DNA of 64,000 nt from Penicillus capitatus (Eukaryota > Plantae > Chlorophyta), in NCBI GenBank assembly GCA_965649825.1, contig OZ287697.1, positions 1,350,351 to 1,414,350 on the forward strand, written 5' to 3'. The position numbers and the translations under genes are program-made. This document shows positions 19,901 to 34,700 of this stretch, one piece after another. The notes below the pieces were generated by a model that made no database searches, was not told where the DNA came from, and saw only the letters and a list, made by a program, of their open reading frames with translations. The number at the start of each line of letters is the position of its first letter. The stretch's first letter is position 1.

Positions 19901-22670
19901 GTGCCGCCGCTCCCAGAGCAGACGTTATTCTCAGAAGTCACACGGATGACTGAACCATCAGTTCCGCTCTGATAAACGGCCCCTCCGTTGTGCGCAGAGT
20001 TGCCCTTGAGTGTCACATCCGCAAGCTTGAAGCTGCATCGCTTGAAGAGGATCCCGCCTCCAAGGGCGTTTGCTGTGTTGCCCTCGATGACCATTGCCTC
20101 GCCAGTGAACTGCTTCCCCTCTGCAACAATTGCCCCACCGCTGTTCTCTGCTTCATTCTCCGAGAAGTTGCTGTTCGAGATGTGCGTGATCATGTCGATG
20201 AGATGCATCGCTCCTCCGTCTCCCGAAGACGTGCAGCTTTGCACGGTCGAGTCCTGGATATGCAGGAATCCGTTAACGGCCTGCAGGCAGCCACCGAGTC
20301 TCGCATTGCCGTTCTTGAGCGTCGAACTGCTGATGGAGGCAACGGAGTTTCTCTTGACGTACAGAACTCCACCGTTCGCCGCACTGCTGTTGTCGAAAAT
20401 GCAATGGACAAAGGTCGTGATCGACGCATCGATGAAGAATGATCCGCCCTCGGTGTCAACTGCGCTGTTGACGAAGGAGACGTTGACAAAGTGTGCAACC
20501 GACTCTGGTTCTTGGAACACGACTCCTCCATTGTCTGCCACGGTGTTCTTGAACAGAGAGTCCCGCACTGAAATCCTCGTCCGAAATCTGACGAAGAGAC
20601 CGCCTGCATGATCGCCCGCCGTATTACTCTCCGCGATCCATCCCTTTCCAGCGATCGTGGAGAATTCTGCATACAGAAGTGCACCGTCGTCTTCTGCACG
20701 GTTGGACGTCATGGTGGAATTGGTGATGACGGCAGTGGCGTTCGTGAGCCGCACGGCACCGCCATCGACTTGGGAAACACATTTTCGCAGTGTGACGTGC
20801 TCGAGCTTGAGATGGCCCTGGTACGCCTGAAGACATCCGCCGTCTGCTCTGGCTTGACCGTCTTCGAGCATTGAGTGTGATATGGTGACGGTGGCGTTGT
20901 CTCGGATGGCAAAGAACCCTCCATTCTCTGCGCTGCCTTCTGTGAAGTTGCATTCGGTGAAGGTCATGTTCGCTTCAAATAAGCGAAGGGATCCACCGTT
21001 CTCTTCTGCCGAGTTCTGCGTGAAGAGGACACGGGTGAAATGCCCTTCTGCCGTTCCCCTCGCACAAATCGCCCCTCCGATTCGCGCCTTGTTCTCCTCA
21101 AACGCGGCGTCGCTCACAACGAGCCTGGTCTGACCCTCGACGTAAATGGCACCCCCTTCGTTGTCAGCATTGTTTGCCTTCAGCAGGATTCCATCCGCTG
21201 TGACGTCGGAGTTCACTGCGTAGATGCCTCCGCCGTTGTCTTGTGATGAACATGACGTCACTGTTACGTTCTTGATGAAGGCTCTCGTGTCCCGCAAAGC
21301 GATGGCCCCGCCTTTCTTTGCCCTGGTGCCATCGAAGGACGAATGGCGCAGGGTCACATCTGAGTCCTCTTGGGCAGAGATCACGGCTCCATCTTCAATT
21401 TCGATGTCTCGAAACTGGCAATTGTCGATCACAGTTGTAGAACGCGTGAGATGAATGCAGGAACTGTGTGAGCGATTCCTCATTTCAGCGTTTGGAGGGA
21501 TGCCCGAGAATTCTGAATTTTTGAGCTTAAGCCGACCGTCTTCGATTCGAAAGATCTCCACCTCGTTAGCGAATGCCTTAATGCCTCTGGCATCGGTTTT
21601 CGAGCCTTGGTTGCCACGGATGAAATGGGCGTCGCGTGTGCCGGATTTCAGCACCCCCTCGATGACGAAATCCCTCAGCAGGTTATCTGCGGACAGGACG
21701 ACGCCACAGGCACCGCCGCATTCGTTTCGCTCAAATGTGACGTCGATCAGTTCCATCCTCGAACAGGATGATGCGCCCCCATCAACACCCGAGGCGCCGA
21801 CGAGCACATTGTCCTTGAAGCTAACATGGCGCAGCTGGATGACGCCCTCGGTGTCCGTTGACAGGCATTCCTCTACCTCCACAATAGCCCTGGATTCGCC
21901 AGAGCCGTCGAAGTAACAGCCCTCGAAACGAAGATTGGCCAATACCACACTATGGGTCCTGAAACGCGAAACGCCATTCGCCCCTTTCGTTGCAACACGA
22001 GAATTGCACTCACTTGACGAGGAAGATGCCCTCTTGCGCATCAGGGCAGGTGAAGGTCGCCTTTCTCGGAGCTCGTGGGTAGAAGCCGTCGATGCCTCGA
22101 GTGCGATTCTCCGTCACTGAGCTGATGGTGAGATTCCACGGAATCGCGAGTCGCCTTACAGGCTTGACAGAACCGCGAACGTCGACAAGCAGCGTATCGC
22201 CTTTCTGCGTGCAGTTGACAACGACCTGGAGGTCGTTCTTTACTTCGTCGAGAACTGCCTCGTCGATGAGCCACGTGCGCGTTTGGGCGTGAAGGTATTT
22301 CCGTTTCTGTTGGGCTCGGAGGTCGCACTCGTACTCTGCGCAGACACAAAGGCCCGACGTTCGGCATCACGCCCCGGGCGTTGTTCGTGGATTGACCTGT
22401 ACGAAGAGATACGCCGTCGGCGTCGCCGTGCATCTCTTCCTGCAGCACGCGTCGACGTTGACTCCCGTGTTTTTGAGGAGCGGGATGTGGGCTATCTTGT
22501 GGAGCATGTACAACGAGGTCGGCGTCAACGCTCGACAGTTCAGCGCTCTCCACCACAGGTCGTGCGTCTCCCAGTGGCAGCATCTTATCTGCTGACGTAT
22601 TTTGAGATGAAGGGCGACATGAGACAGTTGTCAGCAGCAAGACGTGAAGAAGGAGGAATCTGAGAGGCAT
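16950..22670 (-). CDS. R3: Pmp-like beta-helix / Cys-rich / multi-TM surface receptor-like protein (complete)
   Basis: ATG 22670 (MPLRFLLLHVLLLTTVSC signal peptide). Cap exon (TRTWLID...NCTQKGD...IPWNLT...TFTCP...EGIFLVK) is open. Beta-helix exon 21958-19503. Further exons in ORFs 18402..19520, 18188..18388, 16950..17978. Stop TAA. Confidence 0.9.
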
Positions 22671-23361
22671 GGTTTGCGAGAGTGCACACAACGACGGGCT
22701 GATTGTTTTTGAGCACACTTCGCATTCAAGTTCATAACAGTAACTTAGTGTGCCTCTATATTCGCCTGTCCTTTCAACAGTTACACCGTATATGCCTCGA
22801 TATTCGCCTGTCCTCTCAATCGTGGAAACTATCTCACACGAAAAGAGTTATCTGTAAGCGTCCAGTTGTCTCTACCTTCCCCGAAGCCCGGTGATTCGAC
22901 CGCTCGCAGTTCGTTCTGCGGCAGAAAAGGTAGCTGGAGCTTTCTGGACTGTCTTGTCTTGCTGAACTTGCTGTTCGGCGTCGTCTGTTGACCCGCATCG
23001 GAGAGACCACTGGGACGAAGTTCTAGTGAAGACATCCGCGTTGGACTGCGGAGTCCGATGCTTTCCGCTAGCGCCTTCGAGGTTTCGCTGTGACCTCGTA
23101 ACATCGAGCGATTCAAAGGAAGGCCTTCAGCGTACGACTAACCATATGGAGCGTTTTGAACGAAGATCCATGGAATTAGTTACTGTTACCGCTATTAGTA
23201 ACATCGTGATCCTTACGATCTTGACGCGTCCTGCTCTTTGTCTCTCCACTGTGTTTCATCGCGCGTCCGTCAACACAGCATTGCACACACGTTAACGGAG
23301 ACCCTTTATCTTCGCGAGGTCGTTTCTGCGAGACCATCTTTTCCGTCGGACTTAAGGACGG

Positions 23362-26300
23362 ATGCAGCGCTCGTTTGTTCTGCTCCTGTGCTGCGCTTCA
23401 TGCAGCTTTTATGTCTTGTCCATTGCCGACCGAGAACCATTCGCATACGACCAGCAGTTTTCCCACTCCACTGATGAAAGTACGTATCGTTCCGACACGG
23501 AGGTGTGCAATTGTTTCGCCGGCAGACGACGCGCGCACAACTGTCGGACGCCGTCCACTATCAACCATCCACATAGATGTTCTCTCGGAGACTCCTGTTG
23601 AAGCATCACTGGTGAGCCCGCATAGCCAGTAGCGAAACGTCGGCATTGTACTTTTGCGTCAAGGTCCGCGACGGAGAACGCATTCTGCTCCAATCCGAAG
23701 GATTCGACGCCGCCAGCGAACCAGGTCGGAGATTTCTCTCCCGATTCTCCTCTCAGACGATTCACCGAGCGCGTGTTCTAGAGCGCGAGTGTTCTCTGCG
23801 ACGCGTCGACATCCGCCGCTACTTGGACGAGAGCTCGAGAACGTGGACAATAGACGATGACGTGCTCGATGCAATCGACAGCGACGTGCAGTCGCTCGTC
23901 GACTGTACGAATGAAGGAGACGCTCTGCTGTTCGACTCGACGAAGATAATCCGACCCTCCGCTCGCGTAGTCCTCCCGTGGCCGCTGACCCTGAGCGCGT
24001 TCGTGGAACACGCCGAGCTCGAGGAGGGCGTGTTCCCGAAGGCACTTAAGAAAGCGACGTTCACGTGTCCCCACGAGAACGAGGGCATCTTCCTCGTCCG
24101 GTAGGTCCTGTCTTTCACAGTAAGTGTTGTCGACGGTGTGTGCCTTGCAGAACCGGAGGTTCGACTCTCGCAAACTTAGCGTTCGAGGGATGCACATTCG
24201 GCGAATCAGAAGAGGAGAAAGCGATGATCGAAGTGGATGGGTGTGCCTCGGCGCGAGCAGACCGTACTCTGCTTCTACACAACTTGTCCTTTAAGGAGAA
24301 CCGACTCGTCGATGCGACGGGAGTCTGGGTGCACTCGACATCGTGTCTGGCTCTCGACATGCGAAGCGTCGAGTTCTCGGACAATCAGTGCTCGAGCAGC
24401 GGCTGCGGCGCCATCCTGTCGTCGGGTAACAGCATCGAAGACTTCACGGCCAGGCGGAATCGCCTGACTGAAGAACACGACCGCCAGCCGTCCGTGCTAA
24501 ATGCTCCGGCTGGATCGAGGACAGCGGCGAGCGGCATCAGGGCTGTCCACAACGACCTCTCCGCGATGCACGTCGTGGAAGGATCGCTCACCTTGACGGA
24601 TTCGACCTGTTCGCATAACTCAGTGGAGGCATTTGATGACGAAGAGCCCTTCGGTCCTTGCATCCATCTCGTCCGATCGACTGCTACGATCCAGGAATCC
24701 CGATTCGAGGGAAACGAAGGGTACTGGGGAGGGTCCGTTTCTATGTGGTCCTCTAACATCTCTCTTTCCGACTCAGACTTCCAAAGCAACAGAGCCGAGA
24801 AGGGCGGTGTCCTATACGCAGAGAGAGGCAGCACAGTCTCTATTGAAAGATGCCGCTTCACGGAGAACAGGGCAAGCGAACACGGAGGCGTTGGCTTCAT
24901 CGAGTCTTCATCTTTATCCATGAGCGATTCAGCCATGAGTGGCAACTCTGCCACGGATGGCGGCGGAAGTCTTCGTCTCACAGATTCGGAGTTGGCGATC
25001 GAAGCATGTCATTTTCAGAACGGAAGTGCATCCTTCGGGGGGTTCATTCACGTACGGAGAACATTGGTAAATGTCAGCGACTCAGAGTTCGCAAGAGGCA
25101 CAGCAACACAAGGGGGATGTATCGCCTTAGACAAGGGGAGCCGATTTGTGTCTCAGAATGACGTCTTCAAATCCAGTTCTGCCAGACGCAATGGAGGAGT
25201 TGTCGATGCGCAGCGGAACAGCTCTCTGTCCTTCATCAATGCGACTTTTGTATCAAATACAGCGGCGATGGATGGTAGCTGCATTTTTGCTGAAGCTTCA
25301 CACGTCTTTACGAAACAGTCCCTTGCGACCAACAACACAGGACTTGGCGACGGAGCCTTCCTCAGCGCCGCAAATCGTAGCAGTGCAGAGATCGTTGATA
25401 CCACTTTCCTTGGCAACTCGGCCGATTTCGGTGGCGTCGTCTCTCTGCGGACGATGAGCTCAGTGGAAGTACATGGAAGTCTCTTTTCCGGGAACGCAGC
25501 AGTTGGAGGAGGCGGAAGCTTTTACAGTGACAGTGATTGCACTCTCTCCGTCCATCTGTGTCGATTCAATAACGGAACGGCTGGCAATGGTGGAGGATTT
25601 GTCTCATCATCTGACAGTGAAATCAGAATCGTTAGTTCTTACTTTGCCAATGCTTCTGCCGTTCTCGGAGGATGCTTCGCTGTTTCGACCGGCGCGAGAA
25701 TGACTGTAGAAAACAGCACCGTTGCTTTTTGCAGCGGACAGAATGATGGTGGCGCTATCCATTCTTATACCTCAACAGTGGTCGTCAGGAACAGCATCGT
25801 GGCGAACAGTACAAGTGACCGTGGTGCTGGCGGCGGCATTTCCTGTGTGCAGATGTCCCGAATAAGCGCAGTAAATTCGTCCTTCGAGGCAAACTCTTGT
25901 ATATACGGAGGCGCCATATCTCTCATGGACAAGAGCGTGGCCACAGTCGCTGGGTGTCGTTTTTCAGGAAACACTGTTCAACGGACTGGTGCATCCCTGT
26001 ACGTAGATGCCTCAAATGCCACTTTGAGTCATTGTATTTTCACAAACGGAAATGCTTCGGATGGAGGCGCTCTTTCTGTCCACCGGAGCGCACGAGCAAG
26101 TTTGACTGATTCCTCCATCTCCTACGGGATGAGTAGTCGGTCTGGCGGCGGAATCACTGTAGGCAGCGAAAGCGTTTTGGAGATGCGCAATGTCTCCATG
26201 GAAAACAACACATCGCTGAATAGTGGAGGCGCTATCTATGTCGAAGATTCGAGCACAGTGCACGTTCGAAACTCAAGCTTCGTCAGAAACCAGGCAATGG

Positions 26301-29300
26301 CATTCGGCGGCGCTATTGTTGCGATCACCGGATCAGAACTTATTGGAGATGCATTGGTTTTTGATGAAAATTCTGCACGCGAAAAGGATGGCGGAAGCAT
26401 CGGCAGCCTAGAAGCCCATAGACTTCAGATCTCAAATTCTCGTTTCAGTCGCGGTATGGCAAACAACGGCGGCGGCCTAGTCATCCGACATAATACGGGG
26501 GCTAGTGTATTTGTCAACTGTTCATTCGAGAGCACCTCAGCTCTGTCAGTTGGCGGCGCATGTGTTGTGACGAGTTCCGTTGCGAAGTTTGAAAACTGCA
26601 GCATGGTGGGAAACAGAGCTGGACGGGTAGGAGGCAGCTTGGCAGTCACCAATGCAACTGTCGACATTCACAACTGCCACTTCAGTGGTAACAATGGGAC
26701 ACATTCCGGTGGTTTCGTAGGGGCCACGAATAGCGAGATCCGAGGGCGCAATGTATCCATGGTGGACGCATCTTCAGAGTACGGAGGCGCAATGTGGTTG
26801 TATGACTCTGCGATCCAGCTGGAAGATGCTCACTTCTCAAGGTGTCATGCAATTACGTCTGGCGGCGCCGTCTTCGGTTCGGAAAACTCCTCTTTTCGGT
26901 GCACCAGCTGCGTCTTCGAGGACAACGCTGGGCTGGGCTGGGGAGGTGCACTATGCTTCATCGGCGTAATGTCGCACCCCGTCTCTGTCCAGATAGATGG
27001 ATCCACTTTCGAAAACAACGTAGCCACACATGGAGGTGAGACCGATACCTGCAGTCCACTGATAACAGAGTCTTGTGATCAGGTGCCATAGCCTTCCTGA
27101 GAGACTCCGATCAGGCGAACTGCGCGATCCAAGATGACACCTGTTCTTTCCTGGTCGTGACAGACTCTGTCTTCTCCGAGAACATGGCAGAGATCGTCGG
27201 AGGGGCTATCTTTGTGTCAGACATCGACAGCATTCGAATGAGTTGCTCTGCCAATGAGAACTGGCAAAGCAGATCAGAATTCTACGACAGAACAGAGCTG
27301 GAGGCCTTGGACGTATTGAGATCTGCAGACGACATCTGTCAGTCGTGGAAGGGCAACCAAGCTGGAGCATACGGGGACGATGTCGGGTCAGCTGGTGCCG
27401 GAGTTCGCATCACTGTCATCCCTGACAATCTGCACAACCCCGTAGAGGAAGTGTCAGGAAACAGGCTAGTCGTCGAAGAACACTCGAGCGGAAAGCCTCT
27501 TCCCGCCATTCACATGGAGGTTGTCGATGGATTGAGTCAAGGACCGGCATTTGGTCTTGAGAGGCCCATTGTCGAAGCTGTGATGACCTCTCCAGATAAT
27601 TTCTTCACTGGATCCATCAAGATTGAGATAGAGGAAGGCGTCGGGAACTTCTCAGGAGCGGTCGGGTTTGGACCAGAGGGCGTCTACGAATGCATCATCG
27701 ACTTCAGCGAACGACTAATCGAGTCGCTTGTGGTCGAAGTGCACGTCAGGGGATGTAGGCTCGGTGAAGTGGCCGCTGCCAACGGAACCGTCTGTGAACC
27801 TTGCACCTCTGACACATACAACCTTCAGCCAGGCAACGACGGGACAGGATGTCATCCTTGCCCCGAAAACGGAGACTGTGCCACTCACGTCATCCTGTCA
27901 GCAAAGGGATACTGGCATAAGACTCCTTGTTCCGAGAACATCCAAGAGTGCATATCTTCAGAAGCGTGCAGTTCAGAAGAGAGGGAAGACAAATTGACTG
28001 CAGCAACGAGGAACATCAGCAGCTGCGAATTCGATGAGGAGTTTAAACAGAACTACACGGAAGCTCAGTGCAGAGAGGTGATCTCTGGGTGCTATGGTGT
28101 ATTTTGCTTGAGATGTGTCGTCACAGGGACACGAGGGCCCTCTGTGTGGATCCTGCAAAGCCTCGTACGGCAAGTCTCACTCTTCATTGTGTGAGGAGTG
28201 CTTCTCTGGATTCGGTAACTATGCCTTGATCTTTATGTCGTTCTTGGTGCTCCTGGCACTCTCGTATATCACAGTGAGAAGCAACACAATCTCAACTCCA
28301 ACTTCGGGGGGCAATTCTGTCGAATCCATTCGCCAGCTGAGGTCTCTGCCGAGCAGATCAATCTCGGTCCCTGTTAATGAAGAAATGGTGGAGATGATAG
28401 TCACCGGTCGCGTTCCGCCGGAGATTCTGCAACCAGAACTGTATTCAGCACAAGTGTCCGAAACGCCATCCGAAGATGCAGACTTGGCCAAGTGGAAGAC
28501 TGTAGAAATGTTCAAGGTAGAGCAAACCTCCCCTGTCTAAAAGACACTTTGCTGCATGTAGATCATGGTGAACTTTCTCCAAGTAACGGCAGTCGCCATC
28601 GCCATCAACGTCAAGTGGACTCTGATGCTGATAGCTCTGTTCGAAGGCGCAGGTGAGAAGAGGGTCTTCAGAAGAACGTTTATTCTCCCTTGTTCTTTGC
28701 AGAGTTCATCAGTGGAATGACCTCACAGGCGGTGAATAGATCAGCGGATTGTGTCGTCCCTGACGATGCCTCGGTGGATCGCTCGATCGCCAGCGTCATC
28801 ATCGACATCTGCCTCCCATTGGGAGCCATCTGTGTGTTCAGCGTGATCTGGTTAGCCGTCAAGGTCAAGCGAGGAGAGCCATGGACCCATCTGCTGAAGA
28901 AGATCATCCTGACGACCATCGCCGTCCTGTACATAAGTTACATATCCCTCACCAAGACGTTCGTCGGCATTCTGGACTGCGTGGAGGTTTACGATTCTAT
29001 CGATTCCGAGTTCGACGTCACGTCAAACTACTGGTCCACAGACACCAAGATCGAGTGCTACAAGGGACCCCATGCCTTGTTAGCCTTTTTGTTGGCATGG
29101 CCTTTATTGATCCTTTTTTCCTTCGGGTTTCCGTTGATCACTGCCTGCGTCATCGTTAAGAACGTCGAAGAGGACTACGAGCGTGGATGGATCTACGAGA
29201 CCTGCGGCTTCTTGTACCGTTCGTACAAGAAGAACTATGTGTTCTGGGAATCTGTGATTATGCTTAGAAAGGCTGTTCTGGCAGTGATCGTTGTTTTTTC

Positions 29301-29742
29301 TTACCCTTTGGGGGCCAATCTGCAACAAGTTCTTGCGGGGCTCCTTTTCACATTTGTTCTCTACCTTCAGATGCTGTGCTGTCCTTACCGCCCCGAGTTT
29401 GATAGTTTGAACAAGATGGAGAGTTTGTCTATTCTTGTCTCAGCAATGACGTTTGGTTCGAGCATGTTCTTTGGGGACGAACACGTGTCTTCCAACGTTC
29501 GTATCGTCATTACTGTCGGTATTGCATTCTTCAACATTGCACTCTTTGTTTTCTTTTTTGTTGTCTTTGTCATTTATGCAGCCAACTACCTGAGAACTGT
29601 TCTTGATGAAGAGGGAGTGCCTTACAAGCCTGATGGTGGTGCGCACCACATCCTGTGGGTCTGTTTTTACCATTACCTGGTTGAACGCTTGAGGAAGGCG
29701 ATTCTCAAACTTCTCTGTGGGGCACGGCCAACACCTGCCTAG
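23362..29742 (+). CDS. R4: Pmp-like beta-helix / Cys-rich / multi-TM surface receptor-like protein (complete), divergent from R3
   Basis: Signal peptide MQRSFVLLLCCASCSFYVLSIA. GT-AG introns 23480-23525, 23612-23663, 23725-23781, 24101-24150, 27036-27082, 28078-28126, 28517-28561, 28653-28702 give one open frame. Stop TAG. Confidence 0.9.
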
Positions 29743-31795
29743 TAATTGGACATCTACGATTTGACATCTGTCCTTTGTGCCGTGACGTACTTAACTGTTG
29801 AGCACTTTCTATTTGATTTGAACCTATCCATCAAAACTGCCATGTAAGCGATTGTGTGAGAACAGAGGACTCGCAGCCGTTGCCACAACGAGATCTCAAT
29901 CTCGGTCCGATAGCGATTTCGACGGCTCAGGTGTTGCGTGAGCTTATCAACTAGCTCTGATCTATCTCACTCATGTAGGTTACCGGGTGACAGGTTTCAG
30001 CTTAGATTGCTGCGATGTTTGACGACATGGTCACTTAAATCAACATCTTTATGTGGCTGACGTGTGAGATGCTGACCCAAATACAGAAATCCGTCAAAAT
30101 GTCTACATACAAAAGACAAAGAGACTTGAGGCATTCCTGAAGAAGATAGTGTCCGACCTTAGCTAAGAATACTCGCGTTACGTTGCTGGGATCAGTCATG
30201 AGGCCTTCCGGAACAGCGAGATCGTCTAGTTGCACCGATCTTTTCGATGGCGGATTTTGTTTCGATCGCGAACTTTCTCATAAAAGCACACATTTAGGTG
30301 CCGATGTCATCCGGGGAGTTATAGACCATGAACTGGTTCTCGAGTTTCTGTTTGGATAGCTTCCTATTCTTCTTTTTGTTCCTTAGTCCACAAATGAATG
30401 TCAGGCAGTGTTTAACAGACTCGAACGCTAGGCACCCTTGACGTTGAAAACGTTCTTTTGCGGTTTCACGATTAAAACTTTCAATCGGGATGCCACCAAA
30501 TCTAAGGCGATTCCGCAAGGAATTGTCCTAGCTGATTGCGAGACGTTTAGCTTTGTGCAGCTAACTCTGCTTTGAGATGCTAAGTGAAAGCTTTATACTC
30601 CGTCTTCTATTGGCGCCTGGCTTCTGTGGAGACAGGACTGTACGAGAGGCTGATCTCGAATGATATCGGTTTGTGATCTGTGGATGGTATTTCAATTTGA
30701 TGTGTGCCGGTTACATTCCAGAGGAAAGGTTTTTAGGGTAGTGAGCGATACAGCGACCTTTTTTGAGAGTCATTCGAAGACATGTTAAAGAAGAAGCAGG
30801 AATACTGAGTTCTCGTTCTCCAACAGACTCAGTCCAGAATGTCATCACATTGCGTCGTCGTACGACTCATCTGTCTTTCCCATCATCTCATCGACTTCAC
30901 GTCTACGAACAGCGACATTGATTCGAGCGGAAAGCACAGTGAGTGACGTGTCTCGGCCGTCTTCCTTGATTCTAGCGACGTAACGTCTTCTGAAGATGCA
31001 GCGTAAACGTCATAAAGCAGACAGATTGTGACAAACTATCTCATGTTTGGAAAACAATCCGAATCCTTTGTCGCTTGAGCAAGCTACCGGATCGCAGCTC
31101 ATCTGTGCACTGCTCTCTCGCGACCTGTTTGTTTTCGACAACGCCAGGAATTCGCACTCAATAGAGGTCTGAACGGTGAAGATTTCATTCGATCTCTCAC
31201 TTGAGATGGCCGATCGTCGATCGCTTTTGTCGTCGAATGTCTGCTTCTGTTCCCTCGATGAAGACAACGGACACATGCGGAGCGATGTAAAGACGAGAGG
31301 ACGATGTGCTTCGGGATCTGCCACTCTAGGCTCTAGGCGTACACTCTATGGCCAGGTTCGATACACGTCGTGTGAGCGCGATCACATAATAATGCTAACG
31401 TATCAGTGCAGCCAACGGCTGCTTCAACGCTGTTACCAAGATCCAGCTGGTGAACAGCAATGTTCTAAATTGTACTCCATGGTTGTTCGTTGCATCCGAG
31501 CATGTAAGGTTCTGTTCACTTTGAAAAGACATCCAGGGGCCAACGAGGCAAACAGATGCTCGAAGAGGAATGTTGCATCGTTTCTGGTCCCGAGGGAAGA
31601 ACAAGGGAGGTAGGCATGCAAGTATCACAGACTATGTCTGACAAATGGTCGCCGGGTCAGTTGCGTAGCGGCTGGATTGGAATCGTTCCTCGCCTCATTT
31701 AGATATGAGTTTCATCTGTCCAGTCTCATTCTGACTACAAAAGCCGTACGTTTGTTAACGTCTGTTGGAGTTTCCGTTGAGTAATCTTTCAAAAC

Positions 31796-34700
31796 ATGCG
31801 GCGCCGTTTCCTTGCTTTGTTGCTGACGTGGGCGATGCTCGGCGCAGACGCGAGCAAATTCGCCTGTCCGAAGTCCCATCTCCGTCGAGGTCTGGCCGCA
31901 GAGACGTCCGAAGATGCCTCGGCCGTGCTTTTTTTTGGCGGAGTCTCAGCCTCGAATCCATCGGAACTTTCAGAAACAACGACATCTGCGCCGGCTCAAG
32001 CGACGAATACTGCCTCGTTTTCTACGAGGCACGAAGACGAAGCGGCGGATCCGTCTCCTACGTCCCAGATGAGTGTAACTGGAGAAAAGGAACGTCCTTC
32101 TGTTGCTGGTCGAGGTCGGAGCCAGGGGCGTTCGCTCAGACAAGATGACCGCCAAGACGACGAAGCTCCTGAAAGTGAGACTACTTGTGTCTGCGAGAAC
32201 TCTTTCTTGACGCCTATGTCTTGGTGTTAGCAGACCTTCCTTGTTCGCTCAGTGCAGAGAGACTCGATTTGCACCTGAACGAAACGACCAGAACATGGCG
32301 CATCAACCGTTCGCTTCTGGACGACGTCGAGGGTGATATCCAAGTCATTGTCAACTGTACGACGCCAGGCGACGTCCTCTCCTTCAGTTCGAAGCACAGA
32401 ATCCGGCCATCCTCGCGCGTCGTCATACCATGGCCGTTGACGTTGACGGCCCCGGTGGACAGTTCCGAACTCGAAGAAGGCGTTTTCCCACGTTCCGACG
32501 CAAAGGCGAACTTCACCTGTCCGAGCGAAGGAGAGGGCGTGTTTTTGGTGAGGTGAGATTTGAGTTCTCGAATCTGCAGTTGTCTAATGTCGACCTCACG
32601 TTCAGGTCGAGGAGTGTCCGTTTCGCCAATCTGGTCTTCGAGGATTGCTCGTTTGAATCTGGGAGTTCTGGGTCGATCGTGGAAGTTGAAAACTGTGCTT
32701 CCAGTCGCATCAGAGGCACCATTCAGTTCCACCACGTCAGCTTCGGGAATAACACTCTTATCGGCGGCTCGGGACTCGCAATGCAATCGCCATCTTGCTT
32801 CGAGCTGGAGTTGATCGATTTCGTCATGGAAAGCATCACCTGCGATGGCCACTGTGGCGTGATCCTGTCCAGGTGGAATCGACTGAGAGACGTCATCGTT
32901 CGACAGAACGAACCAGCTGACGCAGAAAACACCAACACGGCAGTGTTCTATGCGCCTCCTGGATCAGAGACGTCAGTTGATCACATGAACAGTTCAGCGA
33001 ACCGATGCTCGAGTCTCGAAGTCGAGGACGGATCTCTGAATATGACAGAGACTGTATTTGTTCTGAATTCGTTCGTAGTTAGCCGGAACGATGCGAGCAG
33101 TTCATCCCTGCGCTTGAACTCGGCAACAGCGTCGATGAAGGAGTGCGAGTTTCGACAGAACTCATCTCCGGCCGGAGGCGCCATCGAAGCATCCAGATCG
33201 AACGTCACCTTCACCGACAGCATTTTTGCAGAAAATGTCGCCATAAGGGGCGGTGTCATGGTGCTTCGCGATGACAACATTGTCTCGATTCAATCCTGCA
33301 GATTCCTTTCGAATAGAGTTTCCCAACGTGGTGGTGCAATAGCGGCGACAGAGTCTCGGTTATTTGTCACCGACTCCTTTCTGGCAAACAACTTGGCGAA
33401 CATCACCGGCGGCTGTATTTTTCTGGATGACTCAAGTGACCTTACCATGTCATTCACTGTGATGAACAATAACCAGGCTTCTTATGGTGGTGCTTTTGCG
33501 CTTGAAGGAAACGCGTCAGGACGCGTGACGAATTCGTCCTTCCACATGAACACTGCATACAACTTTGGCGGAGCCATTCACGTCGATGAATCTCTACTTT
33601 CAGTTCAGCAGTGCAACCTCACCGATGGATCTGCAGGATTCGGCGGAGGAATCCACTCATCCTCTTCAGATGTCTCTGTCGAGAACGTTTCTGCGTCTGG
33701 CCTGTCAGCTGGCGAGTACGGTGGATTCTTGTTTGGTACAGATTCTGAGATGCGCATGAAACACTGCGCATTGTCGAACAACGTGGCTGGTTCAGGGGGA
33801 GGCGCGCTCCGCTGCGAATCCGATAGCAGATGCACAGACACGGGATCGAATTACTCCAGCAACGCAGCCGATTTCGGTGGCGCCGTTTATCTCCAAGAAA
33901 ACGCATCTGGCAGCATCACCAACTGCCAGTTTGACAAGAACACAGCATCCAGATCTGGCGGCGCTATGTACATCCAACGCTCTATGCTTTCCGTTAAGAA
34001 GTGCACCTTTACGAATGGATCTGCAGATTCTGGAGGAGCAGTCTACTCACACTCTTCAAACATCGCTCTCGAGGATGCTTCGTATTACTCCGACAACGTG
34101 GCCAGATTTGGCGGCGCCATCAGTCTTACGGGCAACTCGTTGGGCAACATCGCTGACTGTGAGTTTGTCAAGAACACTGCATCCAGATTCGGCGGTGCCG
34201 CTTATGTCGAACTCTCCATGCTCTCCGTTCAGAAGTGCCACTTCACCAATGGATCAGCGGAACACGGCGGCGGACTCTTTTCAATCTTTTCAAACATCTC
34301 TGTGAAGGATGCTTCGCATTACTCCAGCAATGCAGCAAAATCTGGTGGTGCCGTTTATGTCGAAGGCAGGTCATCGGGCAACATCACCGACTGTCAGTTC
34401 GAGAAGAACAATGCATCCACAGATGGCGGCGCTGTATACATCCGAGACTCCGTGTTGTTGGTTCAGAAGTGTCACTTCACAGATGGATCTGCAGAATTCG
34501 GTGGAGCAATCTACTCATCCTCTTCGAACATCTCTATCCGGAAGACTGAAGCTCTTCGCATGTCTGCCAATAAAAATGGCGGTGCTATTCTTTTCTCGAA
34601 TTCTGTCTTCAGAATCAGCAACACCCAGATCTCACAGTGCGAGGCAGAGACAGATGGAGGTGCCATCATGGGATATAATTCATCAAGGCTGCTTTGCAAT

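Noticed and set aside
29750-31790. Gene or transposon in the R4-R5 gap
   Set aside because: Only short ORFs without motifs and no terminal repeats; treated as ordinary intergenic/promoter DNA.
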